A DNA stretch of 64,000 bases, from contig MNCI01001457.1 of assembly GCA_015680685.1 (NCBI GenBank), forward strand, positions 77,201-141,200, written 5' to 3'. Below, one piece after another: positions 1 through 11,164 of the stretch. The stretch is from Gnetum montanum. Taxonomy: Eukaryota; Plantae; Gnetophyta. Position numbers and translations under genes: made by a program. Each line of letters begins with the position of its first letter. Positions within the stretch are counted from its first letter, which is position 1. Below the pieces are notes generated by a model. The model was not told where the DNA came from, made no database searches, and saw nothing but the letters and a program-made list of their open reading frames with translations.

Positions 1-2865
1 CTACCAGACGATCTGGGCAGGCAGAAGGAGGAGCTGCTATGCCTGAACTGGGACAACAACTTACATTGCCCCCAGAATGTGTTCAGGCCATCAACACGAA
101 GTCCACAATTGCTTCNNNNNNNNNNNNNNNNNNNNNNNNNNNNNNNNNNNNNNNNNNNNNNNNNNNNNNNNNNNNNNNNNNNNNNNNNNNNNNNNNNNNN
201 NNNNNNNNNNNNNNNNNNNNNNNNNNNNNNNNNNNNNNNNNNNNNNNNNNNNNNNNNNNNNNNNNNNNNNNNNNNNNNNNNNNNNNNNNNNNNNNNNNNN
301 NNNNNNNNNNNNNNNNNNNNNNNNNNNNNNNNNNNNNNNNNNNNNNNNNNNNNNNNNNNNNNNNNNNNNNNNNNNNNNNNNNNNNNNNNNNNNNNNNNNN
401 NNNNNNNNNNNNNNNNNNNNNNNNNNNNNNNNNNNNNNNNNNNNNNNNNNNNNNNNNNNNNNNNNNNNNNNNNNNNNNNNNNNNNNNNNNNNNNNNNNNN
501 NNNNNNNNNNNNNNNNNNNNNNNNNNNNNNNNNNNNNNNNNNNNNNNNNNNNNNNNNNNNNNNNNTCAGGCCCCCATGTTGCTCGGTTGTCCACCCGATC
601 AGACCCTGATGTGCGAAAGGATTGGCTAGAGAAGGCTTATGGTAGAGATAAGGCTTTCGGTGAGCTGACCATGGAAGAGCGAGTCTATTTTAAAATCGGA
701 ACCTATCACCTCTTCCCCACAAAAGGCTTAAAGAGAATATCAATGTATGCGGCAAGAGGATGTGCAGTGTTGATGGGAAAGGTTAACGCTAACCTTCCTC
801 ATCTATATTTAACGGAGATCCTAAGGCGATTCGAAGAACGGAAGACAGGAAAAATGGCACTCCCTTTCCCTGTCTTATCAGAAAACTGTGTCGTCAGGCT
901 GGGATTCGGGGATATACAAATGACGTCCTCCGAAAGGCCCAAAATGCTTCTTACGCTGAATTGTTAAAGGTGCCAGCTCCAAGAAAGAGTACTGGCGAAG
1001 AGTTGGGACCAGATGAGAAAAATGAAGAACAAGTGACTGAAACCCCTGCAACTCAGCTTGCGGGACCCAGTCAACCTCCAGCCACAGGTCCTAGCCAACA
1101 ACAAGAAGCAGAACCCGGTACAGGCTAGGATCAGCCGCCGCCGCAAGACTATAGACCGTTAATAAGCCATTTAAGGGTTATTGCTGAGACGATCAGTTGG
1201 GAAAGTCGTGATGACGCCAATCTCTTCCGTGTCATCGATGATGCCAACCAGCCCGCAATTTCAATAGATCGCACAAGGGGTGAGTTGTCAATGCAAATAG
1301 GAGGAGGGGAAAGCAGATGGTCACAACAGATCTCTGGAAACACAGCATCTTTCCAAGTTCAATTACAGACTGGTGAAGGGGCCACTGTAGTGGTCATGCA
1401 ACACTAGGATGCCGTGGGAGTAGCTGAGGTGGTCGCTGATCACATCAAGAAATCCTTTAATGTACTTGTTGTGCCACCGGTAGATCTTTCAGGAGCACGG
1501 GATGCTCAAACCATTGCCAGAACCTCAATGACTCTTGTTGAACATGAGGATGTATTGGACAGATTGCTTCAAACAGGACAAGTTTTAACATCCCTGTTTG
1601 ACGTCCCTCAGGATGTAACCGCAATACAGTCAGACCTCATTTCGACCAAGGGGAAACTGGTCATATCCGAAGTAAGGACTGAGCCTGCTGAGGCTGAAGT
1701 GCAGAAATTACAAGAGCAGCTCATTGCCTTACAAGCAGCATAGCAGGATCCCTTGCGATTGGTTCCCGCAGACCAGTTAGACAATTTTAAAACCGAGAAA
1801 TTAACCAAATTAATTGCAGAAAAGAAGAAGGTGGTAGAAGAAAAGGAGATGGCCACTTGGGATGCCTCCGCAGCAAAGGCACAAACTCATGCGCATCTTA
1901 AGGCACTCAAGGCCTTGCAGGAAGAGAATAAGCAATTGGTTGCAGATAATCTTCGGTTGACTTCTGTGGAGAAGCAAAAGAATGTTCTCGATGAGCACTT
2001 TCATCAGCTGCGAGGACAATTCATTCGAGTCAACCAAGACGTAAGCCGTTTAGCCCGAGAGAATCGAACCCTCTCAATGGAGGAGGTGCACGCTATTCAA
2101 CAGAAATCAGCCATCGAGATTAGTGCGTGGAAAAATGAGGCTAAACGACACGAGAAGCTGAAGGAGCACTTCCGCGACCAGGTGGGAATGTATAAACAGA
2201 TCCTGGAGAAGGAGATCCATATGGAAAAAGACCAAATCAACAACATCAGTGCCTAGCACACTGATTGGGGGGCCATTGTGGACACTTATGCCTATGCCCA
2301 CCAGGTGGAAATTAAGAACCGGGACCTGCAGATCTAGGACTTAACTGAATACATGGAGTTGGCAAACCTTCGGTATGCCAACTTGGCCATGTTAACAGCA
2401 GGATGCCCGAGGTCAGAGCTCGAGTAGTAGGTAGCTTCCACCTACATCAAATATGAAGCAGAATTTGCAGAGCGAAAGAAGTTGGCTGAAAAGTTGGATG
2501 TTGCAAGTTCTGAACTCTCGGTGGTAAAAGAAAGCTACCAAGGACAGAAAGATGTGGCAACTGACTTGGCTCGACGGCTAATTGAACTTCATGAATACAA
2601 AGATAGAGCCAGAGCCTACGAAGAGGAACGATGGGTGTTCGCGGCATGGTACGTCAAAGCTAATCAGATGTTTCCGCAACTACCCTGCCCATGGGAAGTG
2701 CCGACTCCATCAAACATTGGAGCATCCGCATGGACGGCACAAGACCCTCGGACCGAAGAGGAGAAGCTTCAGGCTATTCTTCAGCACCATCAATCTTCAA
2801 AACTTGGAGCACGTGATAAAGGGAAAGCACCCATGGAGGAGCCACTACCACCAGGAACTACATGA
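1..2865 (+). pseudogene. Accessory ORF (ORF2, 'env-like' position) of Athila-like element A, decayed: plant-transposon-protein-like N-terminal domain, Q/P-rich linker, long coiled-coil C-terminus
   Basis: ORF fragments 77-967, 1414-1743, 1753-2256 and 2482-2865 join across in-frame TAG stops and a frameshift near 870 that restores 'MALPFPCLIRKLCRQAG'. The C-terminal half is E/K/Q/L heptad-rich. Collinear with minus-strand 41572-44318 (both end ...DKGKxxMEExxPPGTT*). An LTR end follows at 3571-3806. Partly hidden by the gap 116-565. Confidence 0.8.
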
Positions 2866-3570
2866 GTTCCACATTTTTGTAGTTTTAGTAGTTTTTCTTT
2901 GTGTTGTGTCTTCCCACACTGCGGCATTAGTCCATTTCTTTTTCTAGTTAATAATCCCATACCTATCCACTNNNNNNNNNNNNNNNNNNNNNNNNNNNNN
3001 NNNNNNNNNNNNNNNNNNNNNNNNNNNNNNNNNNNNNNNNNNNNNNNNNNNNNNNNNNNNNNNNNNNNNNNNNNNNNNNNNNNNNNNNNNNNNNNNNNNN
3101 NNNNNNNNNNNNNNNNNNNNNNNNNNNNNNNNNNNNNNNNNNNNNNNNNNNNNNNNNNNNNNNNNNNNNNNNNNNNNNNNNNNNNNNNNNNNNNNNNNNN
3201 NNNNNNNNNNNNNNNNNNNNNNNNNNNNNNNNNNNNNNNNNNNNNNNNNNNNNNNNNNNNNNNNNNNNNNNNNNNNNNNNNNNNNNNNNNNNNNNNNNNN
3301 NNNNNNNNNNNNNNNNNNNNNNNNNNNNNNNNNNNNNNNNNNNNNNNNNNNNNNNNNNNNNNNNNNNNNNNNNNNNNNNNNNNNNNNNNNNNNNNNNNNN
3401 NNNNNNNNNNNNNNNNNNNNNNNNNNNNNNNNNNNNNNNNNNNNNNNNNNNNNNNNNNNNNNNNNNNNNNNNNNNNNNNNNNNNNNNNNNNNNNNNNNNN
3501 NNNNNNNNNNNNNNNNNNNNNNNNNNNNNNNNNNNNNNNNNNNNNNNNNNNNNNNNNNNNNNNNNNNNNN

Positions 3571-3806
3571 AATATTATTTTCCACTGCCATCAGGAGTAG
3601 CGTTAGAATTAGAACACATCATACACCTCATCTAGACTAAACCATACGTGACATATGCAAAACTAGTCTAGATGGGAAGACAGCGAACTGCGACCTAAGG
3701 CTAACTATCTAGATACTACAACTAGTCCATCTGCGGAGTTCGACCGGATCACGCGTGCGACGCTCGTTTCATATGGTTGAGTGTAGGGGTACCTCGCCAC
3801 TCATCA
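3571..3806 (+). repeat. 3' end of the 3' LTR of element A (rest hidden in gap)
   Basis: Ends ...GTGTAGGGGTACCTCGCCACTCATCA. Clearly homologous to the reverse complement of 47966-48200 and to the end of the solo LTR at 63531 (GGGGTACCTTGCCGCTCATCA). Confidence 0.8.
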
Positions 3807-5311
3807 TTAATTAATGAACTTGACAAGACATGAGTGCCACATTCCAAAATTATTTAAGTGATAATGATAAAATTAGACAAAATTGAACACTTAATAAAAA
3901 TTTGATTGGCCATTATGTATAAAAATGAGCCAATGTAGATGATTCAAGTAGTGCCAAAATGTGAAGGCTTCTATAGTCCCTCTAGATGCTCCTCCCACCT
4001 TGGTTCTATTGGTGACCTTGGCTACATAGTTATTGTAGCTACATTTTCTATTATTCAAAATTTGTTAAAGCTTGTTTTTACATATCTTGAACAACTCTAA
4101 TTATATAAGGATTTTTTTGGTTATGAAAAAAATTAACACATGGTTCATTGATTAAACAAACTCATCATTATATATCTTTCGTAAATGTATTTTCCACATT
4201 CTATAGTCATTCATAGGTATCTGTTAACTTCATTATAAATCTCTTCTTTGTAACATCTTCTTCTTCTTCTTCTTCATTCTCTTCTCTTTTTTTTTCTCTT
4301 TTGTTAATGTATTCTTTTCCCTCATTACTTGTGATAGGTCTTCTAAGAATTTTTGCAGTTGGTTAGTCTTATGTGGGCTGGGCCTTCTTCGACTCCTTTA
4401 GTGATCCACAACCTAGGTTGTTCCGAACTACTACCTCAATTTTAACTTTTCCTTCTCCATAGTCATCTTCTTTATTCTATTGTTACCTCTTAAATGGTCT
4501 TCTCTTCCTCTTTAAAAAACTAGATTAGGTTACAAATGGTTCACCTTAGATGTTCTTGTCTTATATAAAAAACTAGATCCTTATTTTCTTCTTTCATTTA
4601 CATTACTTCTTTAACCTTCTAGTTTTTGGTGATCATTAATTCTATTGATTGTAATGACTATTGTGTTTCATTATATTTACTAATATTTACTATTTTCTTG
4701 CTTTGGATAAGTATCTTTGATTTATTTCTTATGGTTGTAAATTTGATTGTCTTTTGTGTAATGCTATGTCTAGTATCATATTGGAAAGAAATAAGAATGG
4801 ACAATGCAACCATANNNTATTTTAGTTAAATAAACAATGATAGATGCAATTTTAACTGAATTTGAAATAAAAATAGATTAGTCATTTTGAAGTACTAAAT
4901 AGATATACTTTCAAGTCTAAAACATAAGTATAAAATATCCAAAAAAACGTTTATAGAATATCTTCTATTAAAATGATTGAAATTCAAATATTTTGCACAA
5001 AAAATATACCAAAGTATATGGTAAAAAAAAAGATATACTTAAATAACATTAAGTTATTCTAAAGATTCTTCACTCTCTTCTCTAATAATTTCTAAAGATA
5101 AATCATCATCTCCAATATCCTTTGATCCTCCATAATCCCACATTTTATGAGGATGAGCTTTGTAACTTATTGTAGAATATGAAATATGTCTAATATTTGA
5201 ATGTATAAATACCAAACCCTCTGCTTTAGTACTTCCTAATATATTTCTTTTGATTGAATATATCAATGAATACTCACTCTAATTCCTTTCACAAGAGGAT
5301 GCACTTGAAAT

Positions 5312-5409
5312 CTATAGTAAAAGAAATAAGAAAAAATTAGTATATAGCCATATGTATTTATATATAAATATATACATGACTACCTTAATAATAGATATTT
5401 GATTTATAC
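5312..5409 (-). other. Predicted 98-bp GT-AG intron in the hAT transposase
   Basis: Minus strand reads ...GTT TTA TCA TAG|GTATAA...CTATAG|ATT TCA AGT GCA TCC TCT TGT GAA AGG. Removing it restores the conserved 'xVLSQ-ISSASSCERNWS' motif in phase. Confidence 0.7.
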
Positions 5410-7100
5410 CTATGATAAAACTCACATAGCAATATTACATAATAATAGAGTTGTTACTTCATATTGATTCCAAAATATGAATGGATCTAATGATTCATGA
5501 TCATAAGAATGATCAACATGTAAAAATTTATCTTTAAATCTAATGTAGATTCCATATTCCCTTTTTACTTTACTACGATCTTCTTTATTTATAAAACATT
5601 TATCTAAATATGTATTCCATCCTTGTTGCACCTCTTTGTCCTTCCATGGCTCATTTTAAAACCACTTTGGAGGAAGTAGATACCCAAATGAATGAAGAGG
5701 ACTATGAAGCATTCTCTATCTTTTTTCACTAGATTTCCAAATGACATCTTTCATTTTTTTATCAAATAAAGGATCTTCTTCACTTGAATTTTTTTGGATA
5801 TTTTCTCTCATTTCGTCCATACTTTCAAAAATATCTTTCATACAAGGTTCATTACTATCACAAAGACAGAACTTTTGTAAATAGGAAAAAAAAAATCTTT
5901 CAAACATCATCAACCTACTTTCAAAATTCTCTAGATGTATGACCTAATACTAAATTTTCATTTTCATAACACATACTAGAATTTGTGGTAGAACAATGTG
6001 GCCATCTCTCCCATTTGAATGAATTAATCATTTCCTTAAGTTACTATTTTACTTTTTGGATATGCTCCAATCTGAAAAAGTTAGATGCAAATTTTGTTTT
6101 AGCACATTTTAAAAGCTAAAATTTAAAATACCTCCCATATATAGCTTGTGACATAGAATGGTTAATAATAAATTAGGAATTTGTTTTTTACATCTTGTAC
6201 AATTTAGCAATCTAAGGAACTTCGAAATGTATATGTTTTAGAAGTAAATTTAAACAATGTGCAACACAATGGATCAAAAATATACTTGGATATTTATCTT
6301 CTATTATTTGACCAACTAAAACATTGCTAGAAGTGCTATTAGTAACTACTTGAATGAATTTTCTTTTCCAACAAATTCTATGGCCTCTTCAAATATTTTC
6401 GTAAGATAGGAAGCATCTTTTATATGACCTAATTTATCATGCACCTTTAAAAAATTAATTCCTTTGGATAAATAATATTAAACATTTTTGCAACATTATT
6501 TTTGGATTATTTTTGCAACATTAATCCTCTTATTAAAAAAGTAATTCCTTTGGATAAATAAGCCTCTAAGACATTTTTGCAAGAATATTAATAAGAGGCT
6601 TATTTGCAACATTTTTCCATCCATTAGAAATAATTGAAATTCTTGTCTTACAACAACTTTCTTTAACTAATTTTAAAAATTTCTTAATTCTAATTTTTTC
6701 TTCACTTAAGAGAGAATTTCAAATTCTCTCATAACTTGGAGGCATATATCCTTTTAGAGCATTATTTGTCATTCTCACTACATCTTTAAAATAAGAAGAC
6801 CTAGATACATTAAAAAAAAACTCCACATTCATAAAAACATCTTACAATTGCAACATTCATACTTTTAATATTTGTTGTATTAAACATGTTTTCTACATTA
6901 TGAGGACTTGATTGGTATGACACCACCACGTTACTACTTTCATGTGAGATTGATTGTGGCTTCAATGTTGTAGTTCTTAAATATTGTTTAATTAAAACCT
7001 CTCTTTCAAATTTTGAAATGTTGTTACAAATTTTTATTTGCTCCTTATTTCCTACACCAAGTAAACTACATCTAACACATGTAACTGAACTACTTTTACT

Positions 7101-7598
7101 AGACGGTTCAACCCCCGGCTGTCTCTATCTCGAATTACTGGTTCTAGCGAGTGTGTGCAAGCATGTGCCCGTGACTGCATGAAGCTCAAGTATGGCACGA
7201 CGAATGCAGCGTGAGCATCTCTCACCTTCAGGTCAAGGGTCAAACTCCTGAGGGTTAAACCTAGACCCTCGCCTTGGGGCCGTAAGCCCCTCCTATTGCT
7301 TGGAGAAGCATCTACTCAGTGGCCCATCCTGCCGGCCCTGCGTAAAAGGCTCTAAGGAATCGTATAGCATAGGGGTTCCCCTGGTAAAAGAGGCTTAGGC
7401 GTGCGGCTGCCCCTAGACAACCTGTCCCGACAACCTCTGAACAAGCAAGTAAAGAAGATGTGCCTAAAGGAGAAAGGATATGTGAAGGCTGCAGGTAGCA
7501 TACTAGAAAAGAGTGGTAGCTCGGACTAGGACTGCGAGAACAAGGTAAGAAATGGTGGCCGCATAGGTAGTAAACTAACCGGGTGTAAGTGGGTCGGC
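7101..7598. other. GC/CpG-rich foreign insertion inside the hAT BED finger (possible organellar, NUMT-like fragment)
   Basis: Abrupt compositional change with many intact CpGs. The hAT reading frame is recognisable on both sides. No TG..CA ends, TIR, poly(A) or clean TSD. The organellar origin is inference only. Confidence 0.55.
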
Positions 7599-8730
7599 CT
7601 TTTGACAATATAGACATGTCCATGATTTACTTCTAGAACTACTATAATTTCCTCTAGAATAGCCCCCTTTTATAGCAACACTTCTCCATAACTTTTGTTC
7701 AAACTCTGTTTTGAGTCAATGATATTCTTGTGATGTGGATGAAGACAAATTTTTTCTAGTATTTTAGATTGAAAATTTGATGGTTCACATTCATTACTTA
7801 TTATTTTGGTAATCCCTAAAACACAAACAAAACAATACAATTCTAATGAAGAATAAGCAATTTTACATTTATAAAAAGTAGATATTTCAATTCTATTATC
7901 TTGTGTCAAATAGAGACTAAAGATTATTCTATAGAGGTAACTTTCTTTTGCTAAAGGCATAAACAAAATTGATTTAAAGAGATTTTATAATATAATCTTC
8001 TAAAAGGAGACATATGGAGAGGAAGAGATATGCTACAAAGGACTCTTAATAAAAAATTCATAAGAATAACAAAAATTAAAAAAACACAAAAATAAATATA
8101 ACTTAGGTTTTTATATTTTGTTAGTTGTTTTATTAGAAACTAAAAAGTAGAAACCTCTATGATATATTTGCACATCAAGGAACCTCTATGACATTTTTTA
8201 CTTCAAGTAGAAACCCTTTATGACAAGTTTGCTAAATTAAAAATTTTATGCATATTTTTTTTCTTATTTGGGTTTCTACTATTTTTGTGTTGCTCAACAA
8301 GCATTGGCATGAAATTTTATTATGAGAAATGAACAAAATGTTTTGAGAAAATAAACATGCACGAGAACAAAATAACAACTACTATGATTTTGATGGCTGG
8401 AAAATGCATAGAAATTTACATAATAGTTAAAAGTTAGGATAATGAGTTGTGGGTTTTGAAGAAAGATATTGCACAAAAAGCCCCAAACACAAATAAAGGA
8501 TTTTAAGAAATGGAGCAGACTAGTCTAATGTTTGCAATTTGATAATATGAAATTATGATTATTGACCCATCATATGTTCCAAGGGCTTACAAAGAATCAT
8601 AGGTTTTGGTGGAGAAAAATTATGCACCAATGGTTTTTTATTAGGATTTTATAGTTGTATGAGAACTAGATTGTCCAATGCTTCTCTAGATAGATGTAAA
8701 AATGGAGAAGGAAGTTAAAATTTTAACTAT

Positions 8731-9641
8731 TATTAAACCCCAAATTGGTTCAGATTTTAATGTTATAAATTAGTATTTTTTTAAACTATTTTCATATATT
8801 GAAGCTAAGCAATTTTGGAAATATAAATTGATAAGTATTCATTTCTCTTTTAAGCTTGTGAATCACATGAAATCGTCAGAGTGATTAAGATTGATATCAA
8901 TTATATAAATTATCATAGCAGCTATGATATGGATCGATCACATGGATTTTAGTGGAAGAAAAGTCTCAAGAAGAAATCAAGATATCGATTTTCATAGAAA
9001 GATGATTTGAACCAATAATCAAAGATCCCAAAATAGTTCAATGAAGATTCGAATCAGTTATTGATTTCTTCAATATCAATCGATTCTCGAATTGGTTATT
9101 TTCATACATTATTGTAAATTCATTTTGAGTCTAAATAAGAGCCTCAAACTATGTATTTTGGGGGATGAAAACTCAAGAGAGAACCCACACAAAATTGAAT
9201 CTTTTTATGTATTAGAACTATTAAGGAAGAGTGTTGATGCTTTGTGACAATCAACAACCATTGATGTATGAAGGCTATGAAGTTGTTGAATTGTGGAGAC
9301 AGTAGAGCAAGGTCACAAATTAGGTGATGTCTCCTTTGTAATCTTCTGTATTTATGATAAATTTATGTAACTTCAATTTGGTTTAATAAACTTATTCCAT
9401 ATTTAATCTTAATATTAGAAGTTAAGATGAAATCTTGTTGATTTTACTGATGGGTGATAGTCATAAGTGTGGAGTTTTTGATTGAATTTGGATCTAATTA
9501 TTATTTATCCTTATGGTCTCTTTGACTTTGGAACTATTCCTTCACATATATGACTCATGGATTAGTCACAGAGGAGGTGACATCTCTACAACAAAGATAA
9601 CAAAAATGGTAATTTAGCATCAAACTTTGGCTAGCTTGTCA
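8731..9641 (+). repeat. 5' LTR of element B
   Basis: Starts TATTAAACC (decayed TGTTGAACC) and ends GCTAGCTTGTCA. Aligns along its length with 25390-26316. Confidence 0.85.
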
Positions 9642-9644
9642 ATT

Positions 9645-9661
9645 TGGCACCATTGCTAGGG
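9645..9661 (+). promoter_or_regulatory. Primer-binding site, Athila-type (decayed TGGCGCCGTTGCCGGGG, tRNA-Asp type)
   Basis: TGGCACCATTGCTAGGG begins 3 nt after the LTR end. Its differences from the Athila consensus are all G>A or C>T. Confidence 0.75.
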
Positions 9662-10038
9662 TGGTTAGTAGAGTTAATAATCATAAGTGTCTTGTAAATT
9701 TTCAAATTCACTTTGTAAATCTAATACTTTTTAGGTACACTTTAATTTCCTTTTGTTTTATTTTATTTTATTTTCTTTTGTTGAGTAGTTCTAGAAATGG
9801 TTTCTTTTAATTGTTTTTCTTGTATTAAGAAATTTAAAAATAAGGAAAAATTAAAATCCCAAGAATCGGCTCCTCTTGTTGCCTAACCTATAGAAATTGT
9901 TAAGAAAATTTCAATTAAAGAAACAATAGCAAGAGTAATTAAATCAATTTATAGAGTCCTAGGATTAGTGGCCCATGAATGTGCCAAAAAATAGTGTGAT
10001 TGTTAAATGAAATCAATAAAGAAACCAAGAAAACCAAC

Positions 10039-11164
10039 ATGAATCCAACCCTTTAGGAATAATTTTATCCTTTACAAACATACAAGAACTAATTTAAACA
10101 AAACTAAAAGGAACAAATACCACTAGATCTTAACCATTCTTCCTCTCTAGTAGAGAAAAAATTTTCAATAGAAAAGGAAAGAATATAATACAAATTTTCT
10201 ACAACTTTTAATCCTCTATTTGATATTTCAACAACTATAATACAAAATATGAGTTCAACTATAGAGGTAGGATCATAGAATCTAAATACTATCCAAGTAT
10301 TAACTAATGTAACCATAATAGGAGGAACCACCCAACCTGTAAATACTTTAAATTTACAAATCCCAATTACACCACCAACCTTTGTTTCTATACCAGCTCC
10401 TATTGTGATCCCAATAGCAACTACGAATTTTCCCAATGGAATCATCTTCACACCATATACCTCCATTTTTTCTTGGTTTAATTCCTCTCTTTTTTGGTAG
10501 TCTAAGTTTTAATATTCCAATTGGGTAGACCTACCAAGGACAAACTCTTAGGGATTTATTGAATCAAAGGACATCAATCATACCTCAAGGATCATTAATT
10601 TTTCACAAGGAAGAGATGTAGAGGTTAAAAAAATTCATTTATTACCTATATTTAAGGAAACAAATGATGATGATCTAGTTACTCACATCAGAGAATTTGA
10701 AATCACATTAGCAATTCTAGTGCCTTAAAGTGGGGATAGAACTAAAATGATTGCTTTTAAATCAACCTTAAAGGATAAAGCTAATTTTTTGTTGTAAACC
10801 CTTAGAACACAATTAGTTCATGGGATGAATTCAAGGAAGATTTTCTCCAAAGATTTCTCTCTAATAATAGATTGTATTCATTAAAGAAGTAATTAATTAG
10901 CTTTATGCAACATGAAAATGAAGATTATGAAAGTGCTTTTTATAGGTTTAAAGGGATGTATTTGAAGAATCCTAATCATGGATTTCTGGCCCATCAACTT
11001 ATTCAAATCTTTGTAGAATTCTTGTTACCATATTGTAGGCAAAATGTTGACTTTGCATGTGGTGGAAATATTTTTAATGTAACACTAGAAGATGGTTGGA
11101 GAATTATAGATTCATTAGCAGATCAAAGAAAGAGATGGCCAAAACCCAACATCATGCAAGGCAT
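10039..11164 (+). pseudogene. gag: gag of element B, 5' part (split by copia insertion)
   Basis: 'HLLPIFKE...DDLVTHIREFEI', 'SWDEFKEDFLQRF' and 'MQHENEDYESAFYRFKGMYLKNPNHGFLAHQLIQIFVEFL...VDFACGG' match the Athila Retrotrans_gag pattern. Confidence 0.85.

Larger units (their letters stand above)
5054..7720 (-). pseudogene. Degenerate hAT-superfamily DNA transposase (BED finger, DUF659-type core, C-terminal dimerisation domain)
   Basis: Minus-strand translations: 'SKSWTCLYCQK' (~7630-7599) resuming 'SSVTCVRCSLLGVGNKEQIKIC' (~7095-7028) = BED finger; 'ISNGWKNVANKPLINILA' (~6630-6578, decayed SDGW); 'HCVAHCLNLL' (~6270, CxxH); 'ISSASSCERN*SEYSLIYSIKRNILGSTKAEGLVFIHSNIR' (5311-5190). Many stops and frameshifts. 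TIRs not identified. Confidence 0.88.

Noticed and set aside
39-629. Long ORFs spanning 116-565 and 2972-3570
   Set aside because: They are artefacts of N runs (assembly gaps).
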